Assembly (NCBI RefSeq): GCF_018977255.1
Contig: NW_024704743.1
Coordinates: forward strand, 29,018,001-29,082,000
DNA: 64,000 nucleotides
Direction of reading: 5' to 3'
DNA from: Callorhinchus milii
Taxonomy: Eukaryota
The position numbers and the translations under genes are program-made. The notes under the pieces were generated by a model. That model did no database searches. It worked only from the letters and a program-made list of their open reading frames with translations, and was not told the origin of the DNA. How positions within the stretch are numbered: position 1 is the stretch's first letter; the number at the start of each line of letters is the position of its first letter. Of this stretch, positions 61,080 through 64,000 are shown in pieces.

Positions 61080-61745
61080 TTTACAGGTAGTTTGCATAGT
61101 CAAACCTCTCTGTAATGAAAGCATGGATGTTCCTTGAGTCTTCTGCCACTATTTCTCGGTGGCCTGATGGGAGAGGTAGTGGCAGAAGGCTCAATGGCTC
61201 AAGGAACGGATGTCGGGTTTAAAGAACAATACACCAAGGTTACGTACTGGCTTGGTGCAGTGGAGAGTGCATCCATGAATAACGATGCTGTCAGTGCCTG
61301 AGGTGAGGAGGCACGGAAGGGAGCCAAGCAGTAGGGTATCCATATTGTTGACATGTAACTGGAGAAAGTTAGATCTTATCCAGGACTTCATGTCTGACAG
61401 ACAATCTATCAGGACAACAGTGGTCCTGGAGTCAAGGGTGGAGGCAAAGAGATAAAGTTGGGTGGCATCTGCATATATGTGGAAATTAATCCCATGCCTA
61501 CAGATGATATCACCAAGCAGGAGCATGTAAATATTAAAGAGGAAAGGACCAAGGACTGAGACCTGAGCAACACCATACATGATAGTTGCGAGGGCTGGAG
61601 GAGAAACCATCAGCAAATACAAAGTGGAAACGATGAAAAAGGTAAAAGTGAAACCAGTTAAGGATAGAAACGTGAAGGTGGAGCTGAGAGTTGGTGGAGA
61701 AGAATTGAGTGGTCAACAGAATCTCTGTGTCACTGTTGGCTACCT
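61080..61745 (-). mobile_element. L2 LINE RT fragment
   Basis: Encodes GVAQVSVLGPFLFNIYM..HIYADATQLY..WIRSNFLQL. Confidence 0.88.
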
Positions 61746-62293
61746 CCAAATCCTTTGACTGTCTCTGAGTGTTCAGTTTGAAATAATTTAGCAATTTCCA
61801 GCTTTTCATTAAAGTTACATACTTGGCTAAATAATTTCCCCTTAAATCACACTCTGGATTGTAGCTGAAAGTTTTCCTGATTTTCCCCATCAGCCCAGGA
61901 ATTCCCCAAGGCTATTTCCTTATCAATAAAGTCCTGTGAGTAAATGTGATTTTTAAAGAAAATGAAAAGAGTAGAGATGGAGGTAAGGAATCATTATTCC
62001 TTATACTTATTGATGCACAGCAGGATTGATGCTGAGGTTCATGATAATCCTTGTATTTTATTGGGTTACAAGATTGTGCTATTACTGCCCAATGAAGGAC
62101 GTTGAGATACGCATAGTAACAAATCCAATGGCCTTTATAAAAGTTAATGGCTGGAATTGGTTATCATCAAGTGGCCAGAATACTGAATTTGTAGAAGTAA
62201 GTTTGATACTGTTATGGAAAGTTCACAGGGCAACTATTCTGGAAGGATGAAATAAAATGGGCCATAGGGCATTCTTCATTTTCTCTTTTCTAG

Positions 62294-62617
62294 TAATAAT
62301 AATAATAATAATAATCCTTGCATTTGATATAGCGCTTTTCACGTCGGAAGGACGTCCCAAAACGCTTCACAGAACAAACTGTAAAGTGAATTGACTGTAT
62401 ATTTGTGGGCGAACGCGGCAGCCAATTGCGCACAGCAGTGTCCCACAAACAGTCGTAGATTGAAAATGACCAATTTTATTATTGTTTTTGGTTTTGGAGG
62501 GATTATTATTAGGCGTGTGGAGTAAGGAAACTTGCCCAAGGTTTTGCCCTGCCTGGAATTGAACTCAGGTCTCTCGCTTGCAAAGCGAGTGCTCTAACCA
62601 CTGAGCTACAGGACTCC
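62294..62617 (-). mobile_element. tRNA-Ala SINE, short form, full-length
   Basis: Consensus-like from head to tail. Confidence 0.95.
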
Positions 62618-63206
62618 ACAAATCTTTTGTGATTGCTTGTGAGAGATCATTACTTACACTTTCTGCTACAATTAATTAGGCTGATAGTTGAACATACTGC
62701 AAAACTTAAGTCTCTCTCCAATTCACTCAAAATAGTGCAGATTAACATATGTCACTTTCAATGTCACTTCAAATTTCTATCATTGTGACAGCACTGTAAA
62801 GACTGAATATATTTTATGAGTGGGAAGGAACCAAAGCATGAGGATATTACAATATAAAATGACAAAATCAAGCCACGTGGAAAGGTGGCTGCATTCAGAA
62901 AGATCTGGGCAAAATAATAAGGTGACTTAAGGTACACTAGATGGATTTTTAATGAGGACAAATACAAAGTAATGGTCATTGATACAGGAAACATAAAGCA
63001 TATCTAAACAATGGATTGGTATCCATTTACAAAAGTGGAAGAGTGAAAAGATTTGGGTGTGAATATTCATCATTCACAATCCAGCCATCGCTCAAGCTTT
63101 TATTAACAAGGGCATTCAAGTACTGGAATACATCTCAAAGCCACTGGATTATAAAAGCAGAATAAAACGATCGCAGCCCTGTGTAAAAATCAGAAGTGAT
63201 TATATA

Positions 63207-63516
63207 TCCTGTAGCTCAGTGGTTAGAGCACTCGCTTTGCAAGCGAGAGACCTGAGTTCAATTCCAGGCAGAGGGCGAAACCTTGGGCAAGTTTCCTTAC
63301 TCCACACACCTAATAATAATCCCTCCACAAAACAGAACAATAATAAATTGGTCATTTTCAATCCACGACTGTTTGTGGGACATTGCTGTACGCAATTGGC
63401 TGCCGCGTTCGCCCACAAATATACAGTCAATTCACTTTACAGTATATTCTGTGAAGCGCTTTGGGACGTCTAGAAGACGTGAAAAGCGCTGTATCAAATG
63501 CAAGGATTATTATTAT
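63207..63516 (+). mobile_element. tRNA-Ala SINE, short form, probably within a CR1 remnant (~62960-63190)
   Basis: TCCTGTAGCTCAGTGG head through to the (ATT)n tail. Confidence 0.93.
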
Positions 63517-64000
63517 CTATAAAAAATAAACAAAGCCTTGTATGGCTTTGTTTATTGGGGCGTTTATTTGAATATTATCGACAAAGCAGTTGCGGGACGG
63601 GATAAAACAACAAGTTGGGTTACTCATTGATGGAAAATGTGTGCGCTGTGTGAGGCCAAAGAGCACAGGGAAACCTGTAACGTTTTTGAAGTAACAGCGA
63701 CATCTCTTTTTTTACCTGAGAACCTCCACCAGGTTCACAGACTGGGAGCAGCGTGTGAGGAGGTGCGAGCCAGTGAAGGCGGAATCCCATCAGTGGGATT
63801 TATTTTATTTGAACAAACATCGTAAAGTTTCACAATGTGTGTTACCTGTGCTGTGGGAAATAAGAGGGTCTTCTGAACCCTCCCGTTTTAACCTTCCCCT
63901 GCATTACAATCAAATGCACAGGGGAGTAGCAAGGATAGCATTTGCAATCTCAATTGGGAAAAAAATAGATACATATTGGGGGGTGGGTGGGGGTGGGGGG

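Noticed and set aside
13843..63522. Recurrent ORFs MGKFPYST..KCKDYYY, MTVYLW.. and GRNLGQVS..
   Set aside because: These are translations of SINE copies, mostly from non-ATG starts, and not a gene family.

Overview
AT-rich, repeat-dense vertebrate genomic DNA, intronic or intergenic. The repeat content points to a cartilaginous fish, most likely a holocephalan such as Callorhinchus; this is inferred from memory of the repeat families, not from a search. The window holds about 25 copies of a tRNA-Ala(TGC)-headed SINE ending in (ATT)n, in an older long form and a younger short form. It also holds older Deu-domain (SacSINE1/AmnSINE1-like) SINEs, many decayed L2 LINE fragments of at least two subfamilies, and CR1 fragments. 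Three less obvious elements are a 933-bp solo LTR with a 4-bp TSD nested inside a SINE, a 439-bp TA-flanked pogo/Tigger-like MITE, and three copies of an unidentified ~200-bp dispersed repeat. No intact protein-coding gene is recognisable, and most recognisable ORFs in the track come from transposable elements. A few splice-site-bounded candidate exons exist on both strands (best: 18813-18934, minus), but I could not assemble them or name a gene. The most notable observations are a near-perfect SINE palindrome cluster (56.6-57.8 kb), a LINE/SINE-shared 3' stem-loop with a compensatory base-pair change, a 37-bp exact copy of LTR sequence just outside the LTR, and a candidate TATA-less promoter at ~46.0 kb. 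I found no clear evidence of a wholly new biological system. Boundaries of decayed repeats are approximate.
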